Below are positions 53,604 through 62,752 of a stretch of DNA of 64,000 bases, one piece after another. Below the pieces are notes generated by a model. That model ran no database searches, had not been told where the DNA came from, and saw only the letters and a program-made list of their open reading frames with translations. The stretch is from positions 512,001-576,000 of the forward strand of contig CAWFGO010000003.1 of assembly GCA_963815455.1 (NCBI GenBank), read 5' to 3'. Source of the DNA: an uncultured Verrucomicrobiae bacterium (GTDB lineage Bacteria; Verrucomicrobiota; Verrucomicrobiia; Chthoniobacterales; UBA10450). The first letter of the stretch is position 1, and every line of letters starts with the position of its first letter. The position numbers and the translations under genes are program-made.

Positions 53604-54935
53604 TTATCTAGTCGCCGCGCGCGGTTGTTTGGCCAGACTGACGCGTCCCAAGATCGTTAGCATTAGGATCCCACCGACCACGCCGAACGGCGCCATGAAA
53701 TAAAAATAATTGCCCCAGCTTCGATCCAGCAGCGCCCCGAGAAAGTAACCAGCGAGACTTCCTCCGAAATATTGAAACGAATCGATCACGCCGGAAGCAA
53801 ACCCGGCCATTTTTGCGCCGCCGATGTCCATGGCCGCCGCGGTTCCGAGAATCGAGTGCGTTGAGTTAGCTGTCAGCGAAATAAGAACAAGAAAGAAAAT
53901 TGCGGCATTGACCGAGTGAAACTGCGCCGCGGCAAGAATGATGAATGTTTCCACAAAATACAGAACAGCCGCAACCGGTGCGCGACGCCCGTGAAAAACT
54001 TTGTCGGAAACAAAGCCTGAGATAAGCGAGCCGGCAGACGCCACAAATGGAATCGACGCAGCAAGGACTTGAAATTGCGCGGACTTGAAATCAACGTGAT
54101 GCACTTCTCGCATGAAAAGCGGGAACCATTGGTCGATGCCCTGGCGCACGGCGCCGGTACACGCGTATGCGCACGCTACGATCCAGACCACTGGATTTGT
54201 TACGATGATTTTGAAGACATCGGAAACCCTGGCCTGGACGTGACCGCCGGTTTCCTCATCTGGGTTTACTGGCGGAAAATTCGCCTGCTCGGGCGCGTCT
54301 TTCACAATCAGAGCCATGCAAGTGCCGATCACAAGAGCGATGCCCGCCGGGATCCAAAATAACCAACGCCAATGCAGCGGTGGAATTTGTATCAAGCCGA
54401 GAAATACAAAGCCTGCCAATAGGGCTGCGCCAAGACTGTTGATGCCAAATCGGCCGAGGTTGATCATGAATCCGAAAATGCCGGCAAATCCTCCCCGCTC
54501 GGTGGGACGGAACCAGGCTGCATTAATCTTGACCATCCCCGGTGCGCCAAACGCCTGCACATAACCGTCGATTCCGCGAATTACGACGAAAAGCCAAAGT
54601 AATCCCCAAAACGACGCGACTCCGAACACAATGTTCATGATGATCGTGCCAGCCGCCCCGATGAGCATCGCGCGTTTTCCGCCTAATCGATCGGTCAGCA
54701 GCCCGTTGATAATTTGTCCGCAAGCGTAGGCAAGTAACTGGGTTGTGATAATCGTGCCGATTTGCGCCTTGTTGAATCCGAACTCGTCACTAATGGCGCC
54801 GCTCGCCAAGGGCAGGTTGTAACGACACATGTAGAACGACGTGTAGAGCAGACCGATGAAAGCCCAGTTCAATCCGCGGCGCTGGCGAAAGCCGGGCGGA
54901 TGCGGCACAAAAACTGGAGCGTCGGCCTTAGCCAT
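53604..54935 (-). CDS. MFS transporter, GlpT/OPA-like
   Basis: YMCRYN, LTDRLGGK, WF..ERG, SDKVFHGRR, ASGVID. Confidence 0.85.
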   Translation of the reverse strand: MAKADAPVFVPHPPGFRQRRGLNWAFIGLLYTSFYMCRYNLPLASGAISDEFGFNKAQIGTIITTQLLAYACGQIINGLLTDRLGGKRAMLIGAAGTIIMNIVFGVASFWGLLWLFVVIRGIDGYVQAFGAPGMVKINAAWFRPTERGGFAGIFGFMINLGRFGINSLGAALLAGFVFLGLIQIPPLHWRWLFWIPAGIALVIGTCMALIVKDAPEQANFPPVNPDEETGGHVQARVSDVFKIIVTNPVVWIVACAYACTGAVRQGIDQWFPLFMREVHHVDFKSAQFQVLAASIPFVASAGSLISGFVSDKVFHGRRAPVAAVLYFVETFIILAAAQFHSVNAAIFFLVLISLTANSTHSILGTAAAMDIGGAKMAGFASGVIDSFQYFGGSLAGYFLGALLDRSWGNYFYFMAPFGVVGGILMLTILGRVSLAKQPRAATR

Positions 54936-55022
54936 CCTTCACCAGAATGAGCGGCGATGGAGGAACGAGACAACTAAAAACGTTGTTGAGCTTTCCCAAA
55001 CATCTCGGAGGATGCCCGCATC

Positions 55023-55571
55023 ATGTCATTGACCATCGAGAATCTGCACATTGGAATGAAGGTGAATCATCCACGCTACGGCGTCGGCGTGGTGAAAGCG
55101 CTGACTGAACACACGGCCGATATTTCGTTCGACGATGCCCCGCGAACTCTGGATCCGGCGTCGGCTGATCTCGCGTCGGCCGAAGCGACTGCGACCTTGC
55201 GCGAGCTGCAAGTTCCGCTCGCGAATCTAATCCGCGACACCGCTCAAGCGACGGTGGAAGCGCTGGGCCTGGAAAAAAAAGACGCGCTGGTCGAAGGACT
55301 GGCCACTCGCTGGCAGCGTGGAAACCTCGTTATGCAATCCGCCGACTCCTCGCTGCAACCGAAAGAAGTGCCGCTCGAAACTTTCTTTCACAAGATCGTC
55401 ATGATCCGAAACAATCTTCGCGTGCTCGAACAGAAAGTGAACGCCAGCGACAAACTGAGCGATGCCGACAAGTTCGACATACAACAATACATCACCCGCT
55501 GCTACGGCTCGCTCACCACATTTAACGTCTTGTTCAAGAACAAAGAGGATCAGTTTTCGACAAGCAAATAG
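55023..55571 (+). CDS. conserved hypothetical protein
   Basis: V.HP.YGVGVV start; FFHKIVMIRNNLRVLEQKVN; QQYITRCYGSLTTFNVLF. Confidence 0.8.
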   Translation: MSLTIENLHIGMKVNHPRYGVGVVKALTEHTADISFDDAPRTLDPASADLASAEATATLRELQVPLANLIRDTAQATVEALGLEKKDALVEGLATRWQRGNLVMQSADSSLQPKEVPLETFFHKIVMIRNNLRVLEQKVNASDKLSDADKFDIQQYITRCYGSLTTFNVLFKNKEDQFSTSK

Positions 55572-55604
55572 ATCACGCGTTAGGGCCTGCTCGTAAACAA
55601 TGCT

Positions 55605-55830
55605 TGTCTCCTGAGCGCAGCGAAGGACCTCGCGAAAACTGCCTGCGCTCACATACTTTGCTGCCTGTTGTTGCTGCGAGGAGGTCGCGAACGCTTGCGG
55701 GATAATCGGCAAGTTGCGGGATCCTTTCCGTTCGACTCGCGATCGCTCGCTCAGGACAAGCTCACAAAGTGACCGCGCACAGCCGGTAAAAAAATGGATG
55801 CAACGTCACGTTGCCCGCTCAGGATGACGG
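55605..55830. repeat. composite GTCATCC-family palindromic element
   Basis: tgtctcctgagcgcagcgaagga...gctcaggatgacgg, with an internal ttcgactcgcgatcgctcgctcaggacaag unit. Confidence 0.7.
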
Positions 55831-55837
55831 CGTTTAA

Positions 55838-57202
55838 TTAGCCGAACCAGACCGTTTTGGCGTTCATGAATTCGCGGATTCCAGCCGCGCCGAGTTCGCG
55901 GCCAAACCCGGAGCGCTTTACTCCGCCGAACGGCAATCGTGGATCCGACGCGACCATGGCGTTGATGAAAACCATTCCCGCTTCGAGTTGCGAGGCGAAG
56001 AGTTCCTGTTCGGCACGATCGCCTGTCCACGCACTCGCGCCCAGGCCAAACGAAGAATCATTGGCAATTTCGATCGCCTCCGCGGAATCGCGTACGCGAA
56101 AGATCGCCGCCACCGGCCCAAAAATTTCTTCGCGATAAGCCGGCGAATTCTTCGGAACATCGACAAGGACAGTCGGTTCGTAGAAAAATCCCGACCCATG
56201 GATGCGATTTCCGCCGGTTAGCAATTTCGCGCCGGCCGCGATCGATTTCTGGACCTGCTCGTGCACGCCATTCAGAATTTGCTCGGTGGCCAGCGGACCA
56301 ATATCGGTCGTTTCATCCAACGGATCGCCAATTTTCAACGCGCGCATTCGCTCCACGAATTCCGTAAGAAACTTGTCGTAGATCTTGTCCGCCACGAGCA
56401 GCCGCTTTGCCGCGATACACGATTGCCCGGTGTTGAGTGTCCGCGCCTTTACCGCCGTGGAAATCGCGTTCTCGAAATCTGCGCTCGGCATCACAATAAA
56501 TGGATCGCTACCACCAAGCTCCAGCACCGCTTTCTTTATTTCGCGCGCCGCCGCGCTCGCCACTGCGGCACCCGCTTTCTCGCTTCCGGTAAGGGTGACC
56601 GCCTTTACGCGAGGATCGACAATGATCTTTTCAACCTGGTCGGATTCGATGAGCAACGTCTGGAAAATGCCTTCCTCAAATCCGGCCCGGCAAAAAATTT
56701 CTTCGATGGCAAGCGCACACTGAGGCACGTTGGCGGCGTGTTTGAGAAGTCCCACGTTGCCTGCCATCAACGCCGGCACGGCAAAGCGGAATACCTGCCA
56801 AAACGGAAAATTCCACGGCATGACCGCAAGGACCGCTCCGATCGGTTCGTAATGAACATAGCTCCGCGCGGCATCGGTTTGCCCAGCCTCGTCCTCGAGA
56901 AACCGCTCGGCATTTTCCGCATAATATCGGCAGCAGCGCGCGCATTTCTCGATTTCCTCGCCGGCCGCGCGCAGGAGCTTGCCCATCTCCAGGGTCATAA
57001 CACGCGCGAACTTGTCTTTCTCGCGCTCGAGCAACGAAGCGGCCGCCGTCATTAGTTGGGCCCGAGCAGAAAATGGCTGTCGTCGATGCAGCTCAAATGC
57101 CTTCTCGGCCCGATCGAGCCGTTTCTCGATCTCCTTTTCATCGAACGCCGAAAATTCTTTCAGCTTCTCGCCCGTAGCCGGATTAATCGATGTGATGGCC
57201 AT
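55838..57202 (-). CDS. NAD(P)-dependent succinate-semialdehyde dehydrogenase family
   Basis: SINPATGE, MPWNFP, LELGGSDP, GQSCIA, EEIFGP, PFGGVKRSGFGRE. Confidence 0.92.
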   Translation of the reverse strand: MAITSINPATGEKLKEFSAFDEKEIEKRLDRAEKAFELHRRQPFSARAQLMTAAASLLEREKDKFARVMTLEMGKLLRAAGEEIEKCARCCRYYAENAERFLEDEAGQTDAARSYVHYEPIGAVLAVMPWNFPFWQVFRFAVPALMAGNVGLLKHAANVPQCALAIEEIFCRAGFEEGIFQTLLIESDQVEKIIVDPRVKAVTLTGSEKAGAAVASAAAREIKKAVLELGGSDPFIVMPSADFENAISTAVKARTLNTGQSCIAAKRLLVADKIYDKFLTEFVERMRALKIGDPLDETTDIGPLATEQILNGVHEQVQKSIAAGAKLLTGGNRIHGSGFFYEPTVLVDVPKNSPAYREEIFGPVAAIFRVRDSAEAIEIANDSSFGLGASAWTGDRAEQELFASQLEAGMVFINAMVASDPRLPFGGVKRSGFGRELGAAGIREFMNAKTVWFG

Positions 57203-57230
57203 ACAATGTAATAAACGCATGCCGACACGC

Positions 57231-57313
57231 TGTCATCCTGAGCGAAGTCGAAGGATCCCGTGGAGTTGCCTCTAGGTATGCATCGGGATTCCTCGACTTC
57301 TCTCGGAATGACG
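57231..57313. repeat. GTCATCC-family palindromic element
   Basis: tgtcatcctgagcgaagtcgaagga...tcctcgacttctctcggaatgacg. Confidence 0.85.
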
Positions 57314-57330
57314 GCTCAAGCAGACCGCCG

Positions 57331-58854
57331 CTACAGGCGCAACCCCTTCGGAATCAAGACGCGGTCGAGCAAATCGAAAAGCGATTGCACGAGCAGCGCC
57401 AGCAACGCCGCTGGGATCGCTCCCTCAAGAATTGTCACGTGATCGTTCAAGTTCAGTCCGCTCAGGATTGGCTCCCCCAGCCCGCCGGCACCGATCAGCG
57501 CCGCCAGCGTTGCGGTCCCGATATTGATCACGGCGCTGGTCTTGATTCCCGATAAAATCGACCGCGACGCCATTGGCAAATAAATTTGCCACAATTGCGC
57601 AGCTGGTTTGAGCCCGAGGGCAATCGCCGATTCGCGCAACGATCGCGGAATGTCCTGCAAACCGCTTGCGGTGTTGCGCACGATCGGGAGCAGACCATAA
57701 AGAAAAAGCGCCGCGATCGCGGTTCGCACGCTGATTCCAAAGAACGGAAGCGGAACGAGCAATGCGAGTAATGCGAGCGACGGAATCGTTTGCATGACTC
57801 CAGCGAACCCAAGAATCAGGTGTCCAACTGCGCCGCCGCGGCTGGCAAAAATGCCAAGCGGAATTCCTACGATCACCGCCAGAAGCAGCGAAAAACCCGC
57901 CAGTTCGAGATGACGCACCGTCCAGCGGACGAGTTTATGCAAAAACGATTCTCCTGTGTTGGTTGATGTCGATCTTGCGCCATTATCGAAATACAAACTC
58001 GCGGCTCGGGCGTAGTTCTTCGCGCGCTCGGCTTCGGCGTTGAGCCGAATCATTTTCGCTTCGTTGATTGTTCCTTCCAGTTTGCGCAAGGCGGCGATCG
58101 TCGATCCTGGCAGCGAGAGCCGGTACAAGAACACCGCTTCGTAACGCGGAAAAAATTCCAGATCATCGTTTAGAGTGACCAAATCGTATTCGGCAATTTT
58201 GGCATCGGTCGAGTAAGCATCTTTCACGTCGATCTCGCCGCTCTTCAGCGCGGCGTAACCGAGGGCATGATCGATCCCGATGACGTTCGGGAGATTCAAC
58301 TGATAGCGCGCGACCAGAGGCTGCCAGCCGTCCTGTCGATCCAGGAATTCATGGGTGAGCCCGATCTTCAGTTCAGGATGACTTCGCAAATCGCTGATGT
58401 TGCGAATCGCGAGCCGCTTCGCTTCATCCTTCCGCATGACAAGCGCATATGTGTTGTTAAAGCCGAGGGGCTCGGTCATTCCAACGCCGGATTTCGCCAA
58501 CGCGTCGCGCATGTTCGCTTGTCGATCCTTCAATATTTCTTCGCAAATGGTGCCCGTGTATTCGGGATAGAGATCGATTTGGCCACCCTGAAGCGCCTGC
58601 CAGAGAATGATCGTGCCCCCCATGCCTTGTCGATGTTCGGCAGAAATTCCGGCATCGTTCAATGTCCGTGTCGCAATTTCGCCCAATACATACGACTCGG
58701 TAAATTTCTTCGAGCCAACCACGACCGGTTGCGCCGACAGAGAAGAAGAAATAATAATCAGGAAAGCAGGAAGGCAGGAAATGACATGGCTCCGCTTTCC
58801 GATACAAAATCCTCGACCCCCTTCCTGTTTTCCTGCTTTCCTGATTCCTCTCAT
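57331..58854 (-). CDS. betaine-family ABC transporter, fused substrate-binding protein plus permease
   Basis: VGSKKFTE, YPEYTGT, FNNTY, YSTD, then QTIPSLAL and GAGGLG. Confidence 0.9.
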   Translation of the reverse strand: MRGIRKAGKQEGGRGFCIGKRSHVISCLPAFLIIISSSLSAQPVVVGSKKFTESYVLGEIATRTLNDAGISAEHRQGMGGTIILWQALQGGQIDLYPEYTGTICEEILKDRQANMRDALAKSGVGMTEPLGFNNTYALVMRKDEAKRLAIRNISDLRSHPELKIGLTHEFLDRQDGWQPLVARYQLNLPNVIGIDHALGYAALKSGEIDVKDAYSTDAKIAEYDLVTLNDDLEFFPRYEAVFLYRLSLPGSTIAALRKLEGTINEAKMIRLNAEAERAKNYARAASLYFDNGARSTSTNTGESFLHKLVRWTVRHLELAGFSLLLAVIVGIPLGIFASRGGAVGHLILGFAGVMQTIPSLALLALLVPLPFFGISVRTAIAALFLYGLLPIVRNTASGLQDIPRSLRESAIALGLKPAAQLWQIYLPMASRSILSGIKTSAVINIGTATLAALIGAGGLGEPILSGLNLNDHVTILEGAIPAALLALLVQSLFDLLDRVLIPKGLRL

Positions 58855-59594
58855 ATAAGCGCAAGGCCTCGCTGGGCGTTGATGAATTCGGAGACGAATC
58901 CATTCACGGGTTTTTCTCGAAGATCGACAATCGATCCCTGCTGCACGATTCGGCCTTCGTTCATGAGCACGATCTCATCGCCGAGATAAGCGGCTTCGGC
59001 GAGATCATGCGTCACCAGGAGCGCGGTCTGTTTCAAATTCGCAAAGATTTCCTTCAGATCTTTTTGCAGCGACGCTCGGACGAGCGGATCGAGCGCGCCG
59101 AGCGGTTCGTCGAGCAACAACAATTCGGGCGCGAGCATGAGCGCACGCATCAGACTAACCCGCTGACGCTGGCCACCGGAAAGTTCAAGCGGATAACGCG
59201 AAAGCAGAGTCTCGGAAAATCGTGTCAGCTCGCACAATTCGGAAAGACGTTCCCGCGTCTTGTTTTCGTCTTTTGCGAGATGTCGGGCCATTAAAAGGAC
59301 ATTGGCCCGCGCCGTAAGATGAGGAAATAAGCCGCCTTCTTGAATCACGTAACCGATCCGGCGGCGGACGTTGTCGATCTTATCAGGAGCTATCCGCGCC
59401 CCATCGAATTCAATTGTTCCGGTGTCGGGTTCGACTAAACCAATGACCAGACGCAGTAATGTGGATTTGCCGCACCCGCTAGGCCCGATCAGCGCCGTCG
59501 TTCTGCCATTCTCGACGGCAAGATTGGTCGCGTGCAAAGCCGACGTGCCGGCGTAGCGCTTGCTGACACTGTTGAGCCGAACAAGTGCAGTCAT
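58851..59594 (-). CDS. ABC transporter ATP-binding protein (OpuA/ProV-like)
   Basis: GPSGCGKS, GYVIQEGGLFPH, LSGGQ, LLLDEP. Confidence 0.93.
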   Translation of the reverse strand: MTALVRLNSVSKRYAGTSALHATNLAVENGRTTALIGPSGCGKSTLLRLVIGLVEPDTGTIEFDGARIAPDKIDNVRRRIGYVIQEGGLFPHLTARANVLLMARHLAKDENKTRERLSELCELTRFSETLLSRYPLELSGGQRQRVSLMRALMLAPELLLLDEPLGALDPLVRASLQKDLKEIFANLKQTALLVTHDLAEAAYLGDEIVLMNEGRIVQQGSIVDLREKPVNGFVSEFINAQRGLALI

Positions 59595-59794
59595 TGTTGC
59601 AGCCGCGGGCGTCGACCGTGGCCGGGGTCAGCGCCCCCGGCTACAGGTGAAATTGCAAAACGTTGCCCAAACGCGTTCATTTCTCCTGTCATGCTGAGCG
59701 AAAGCCTGCCCTGAGCCAAGGCCGAATGGGTCTCTCGGAGATCATCAGAGATCCCTCGACTCCGCTCCCGCCACGGCGGGCAGGCGGCATGACA
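59595..59794. repeat. GTAG REP doublet (59595-59645) plus nested GTCAT element (59687-59794)
   Basis: ...gcccccggctaca; tgtcatgctgagcg...ggcatgaca. Confidence 0.7.
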
Positions 59795-59805
59795 ACAGCC
59801 GGCGG

Positions 59806-60783
59806 CTAGCTTGCCACAGTGAAATAGAAAACGCCAAACAGACGCGCGTCGTCCGTCCACATTTTTTCAAAATCGAATCCGGCACTGTCCGCAAGTGCCG
59901 AGAAACTCTCCGATGTGTGCTTGTAGGAATACTCCGTAAGAATTTTTTCGCCGGCACCGAATTCAAACTGCCGATTTTCGATGCGCACCTTCTGGTCGAT
60001 GTCGCTGATCAGGTACATTTCGATGCGGCCCTCGTTTGAATTGTAGATCGCGCGGTGCCGCCAATGGGCCAGATCGAAATCGGCCCCGAGCTCGCGATTT
60101 GCCCGCACGAGCAAATTCAAATTAAATTCGGCGGTCACGCCCTGGGCGTCATTGTAAGCGGCCTCGATGATATTTCGATCTTTTCGCAGATCGACGCCGA
60201 TGAGCAGGCCGCTACCGTGGCCGCAGAGCTTCGCAATCCGGCCGAGGAAACCGGCCGCTTCGTCCGGCTCAAAGTTGCCGATGGTCGATCCGGGGAAATA
60301 AACGACCTTGCGCGACGCCGCGGTGCGCGGCGAAGGAAGCACGACTGGCTGCAAATAATCGGCCGCGACGGGCAGGACTTCGAGATCGGGAAAGGTCTTC
60401 CGAAAAACCGCGGCGGATTCGTGGAGTTGCTTCTCGGAAATATCGACCGGCATGTAGACAGCGGGTTTATCGAGCGCTTCGACGAGAATTCGTGTTTTAG
60501 TTCCGGCGCCGGTGCCGAGGCCGATCAGCTCGATGTTCGAGCCGAGACGCGACGCAATCTCAGCGCGATATCGATCCAGGATCGCGATCTCTGTTCGAGT
60601 AACATAATATTCCGGCAGCTCGCAGATTTTTTGGAACAATCCGGCGCCGCGCGCGTCATAAAAATATTTGCACGGCAGCGTCCGCGGCGTGCTGGAAAGA
60701 CCGGCGATAACATCGGCAAAGAAATCCGTGCCGGCGGGTGCGACTGCAGTTGGTGATCGTGCCGTCATTAGTGAATTTGCCAT
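59806..60783 (-). CDS. egtD: L-histidine N-alpha-methyltransferase
   Basis: LPCKYFYD, ELPEYYVTRTE, FPGSTIGNF, AAYND..GVTAEFNLN, TEYSYK. Confidence 0.93.
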   Translation of the reverse strand: MANSLMTARSPTAVAPAGTDFFADVIAGLSSTPRTLPCKYFYDARGAGLFQKICELPEYYVTRTEIAILDRYRAEIASRLGSNIELIGLGTGAGTKTRILVEALDKPAVYMPVDISEKQLHESAAVFRKTFPDLEVLPVAADYLQPVVLPSPRTAASRKVVYFPGSTIGNFEPDEAAGFLGRIAKLCGHGSGLLIGVDLRKDRNIIEAAYNDAQGVTAEFNLNLLVRANRELGADFDLAHWRHRAIYNSNEGRIEMYLISDIDQKVRIENRQFEFGAGEKILTEYSYKHTSESFSALADSAGFDFEKMWTDDARLFGVFYFTVAS

Positions 60784-60849
60784 GGTTGCGCAACGTTTTA
60801 CTCGGCGCGTCCGAAAATGCCAGTCCGGCTCGGACCCGCGCCTAATAAA

Positions 60850-62260
60850 TCATTTTAGATCGCGTGCGAGTCTAATCCCGGTGAACTGCCAGCGTTTTTC
60901 GGGTTGGAAGAAATTGCGATAGGTGTGGCGAATGTGCGTGCGCGACGTCGCGCAGGAACCACCGCGCAAAACGTATTGGTTACACATGAACTTCCCATTG
61001 TATTCGCCGAGCGCCCCGGCTCGGCCCGATAACCGGGGTAAGGCGAATACGAGCTGCGCGTCCATTCCCAAACGTCGCCAAACATTTGCTGGAGCTGTGC
61101 CGAACATCCTCACCTGGAGCTTCGCAGCCCCTCGCCCATCGAAGGGAGAGGATGAGGCGAGTGCAGATCACGGTTAGCCGGATGAAACATTTCGGTTTCG
61201 ACGAAATTGCCGTCGATGCCTACCGCGCCGTAGCCTTGCCCAGGCGGGTCGATCTTCGTTGCGGCGTGTTCCCATTCGAATTCGGTAGGCAACCGCGCCC
61301 CGCTCCAATTGGCGAAGGCATCGGCCTCGAAATAACTGATGTGCGTGACCGGCTCATTTGGATCGACCGGGCGAAATCCGGACAGAGTAAAGTTCCACCA
61401 GGCGCCATCGCGTTTGGTCCAGTAGAGCGGAGCCTGCCAGCGCTGTTCGTTTACGTCGTCCAGCCGAGCGATAACCAGAATTCAGATCGTGCGTAGCCGT
61501 TGTCTTCGATGAAAGCGATGTATTCGCCATTGGTGACCGGTCGCGAGGCCAGGAAAAAAGCGGGAACCAGCGCGCGATGCCGGGGACCTTCGTTGTCGTA
61601 GGAAAATCCGTCGCCGTCGTGCCCGATTTCAGTAATCACTTCATCAAACTCAACGAATTTGGCAGAGGCGATGTCGATCTTGCGGTCCATGATCGGGCGC
61701 TCGCGGAAAACGGGATAGAGCGGGTTTTGGGAGAAGACGTGTTTGATATCGGTGACGAGAAGTTCCTGGTGCTGTTGCTCGTGATGGATGCCGAGAACAA
61801 TCAATGGTTCGATTTCATCGAGAAGCTTTTCGCCGGCGCCGGAGACAAGGTGATCGACGTGTTCGTCGATGGCGGAACGGTAGCGGTGCGTTTCTTCAAC
61901 GGTCGGGCGCGAGATCAACCCTCGAAGATCGCGGCGGTGCATGTCGCCCGCGGCGTTGTAATAAGAATTAAAAAGGTAGGCGTACTGCGGGTTTTCGGGA
62001 CGATACCCGCTGATCCATTTCTTGAGAATGAATGTCTCGAAAAACCAGGTGGTGTGGGCGAGGTGCCATTTGGTTGGGCTCACATCCGGCATCGATTGCA
62101 CGACGCAATCTTCGGCTGCGAGTCCCGAGCAAAGCGAGGTGGTAAAACGGCGAACATCGTGAAAGCGCGCCAGCAAACGCGCGCTCCGCGACGATGTGGA
62201 CCCGGCCCGGGTCGACGACATCGGCGTCTCTTCAATTGTCGCTGCCGCCGTTCGACTCAC
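60850..62260 (-). CDS. egtB: ergothioneine sulfoxide synthase EgtB (two frameshifts, one in-frame TGA)
   Basis: [65 protein letters not shown]. Confidence 0.92.
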
Positions 62261-62661
62261 GCGGTTCCTCCTTCCTCTTCGATTTCTTCCTTGCGCGCTT
62301 CCAGCATTTGATCGTGCGTCGCTTCCTCAACTCCTCCCGTAACCAGATGCTCGCCGATCGTTTCCTCTTCTTCGTCAACGCCAGGTCGCGGCATACGTTT
62401 CCCGCGTGAAGGCGCGGGCACGTACCAATCGTCGGTCAGCTCGGCGCTTTGCTTGGTTTCCTCCGGCGGAGTGGGATGCTCCGCGCCGCCCAATTCTTTG
62501 CGGGCCTGGGTCCAATCGGCTTCGGTAAATTCCTCCGGATCGCGCTCGTCGATCATTGCAATCTCGCGAGCCCGCCGTTCAATGTCCTCCGGCGAAGGCA
62601 CACCCATGCCATTTCCATGCAACGAAATTTTTCCCGCGCCTTCCTGTGAGAAATCACTCAT
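62257..62661 (-). CDS. acidic hypothetical protein overlapping the egtB start
   Basis: 134 aa; IERRAREIA...DWTQARKEL; its stop overlaps the egtB GTG. Confidence 0.7.
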   Translation of the reverse strand: MSDFSQEGAGKISLHGNGMGVPSPEDIERRAREIAMIDERDPEEFTEADWTQARKELGGAEHPTPPEETKQSAELTDDWYVPAPSRGKRMPRPGVDEEEETIGEHLVTGGVEEATHDQMLEARKEEIEEEGGTA

Positions 62662-62752
62662 ATCATTGAATACGCAATTGGGATGCGGATTGTCTGTCTA
62701 ATCACAAAGATAACTTGGATGTTGTCGATGCGAAGAGTTTTTTTATTGGTGG

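Noticed and set aside
61110..61112. Selenocysteine codon in egtB
   Set aside because: The TGA lies in a repeat-derived insert rather than at a conserved Cys, and no sel genes are in the window.
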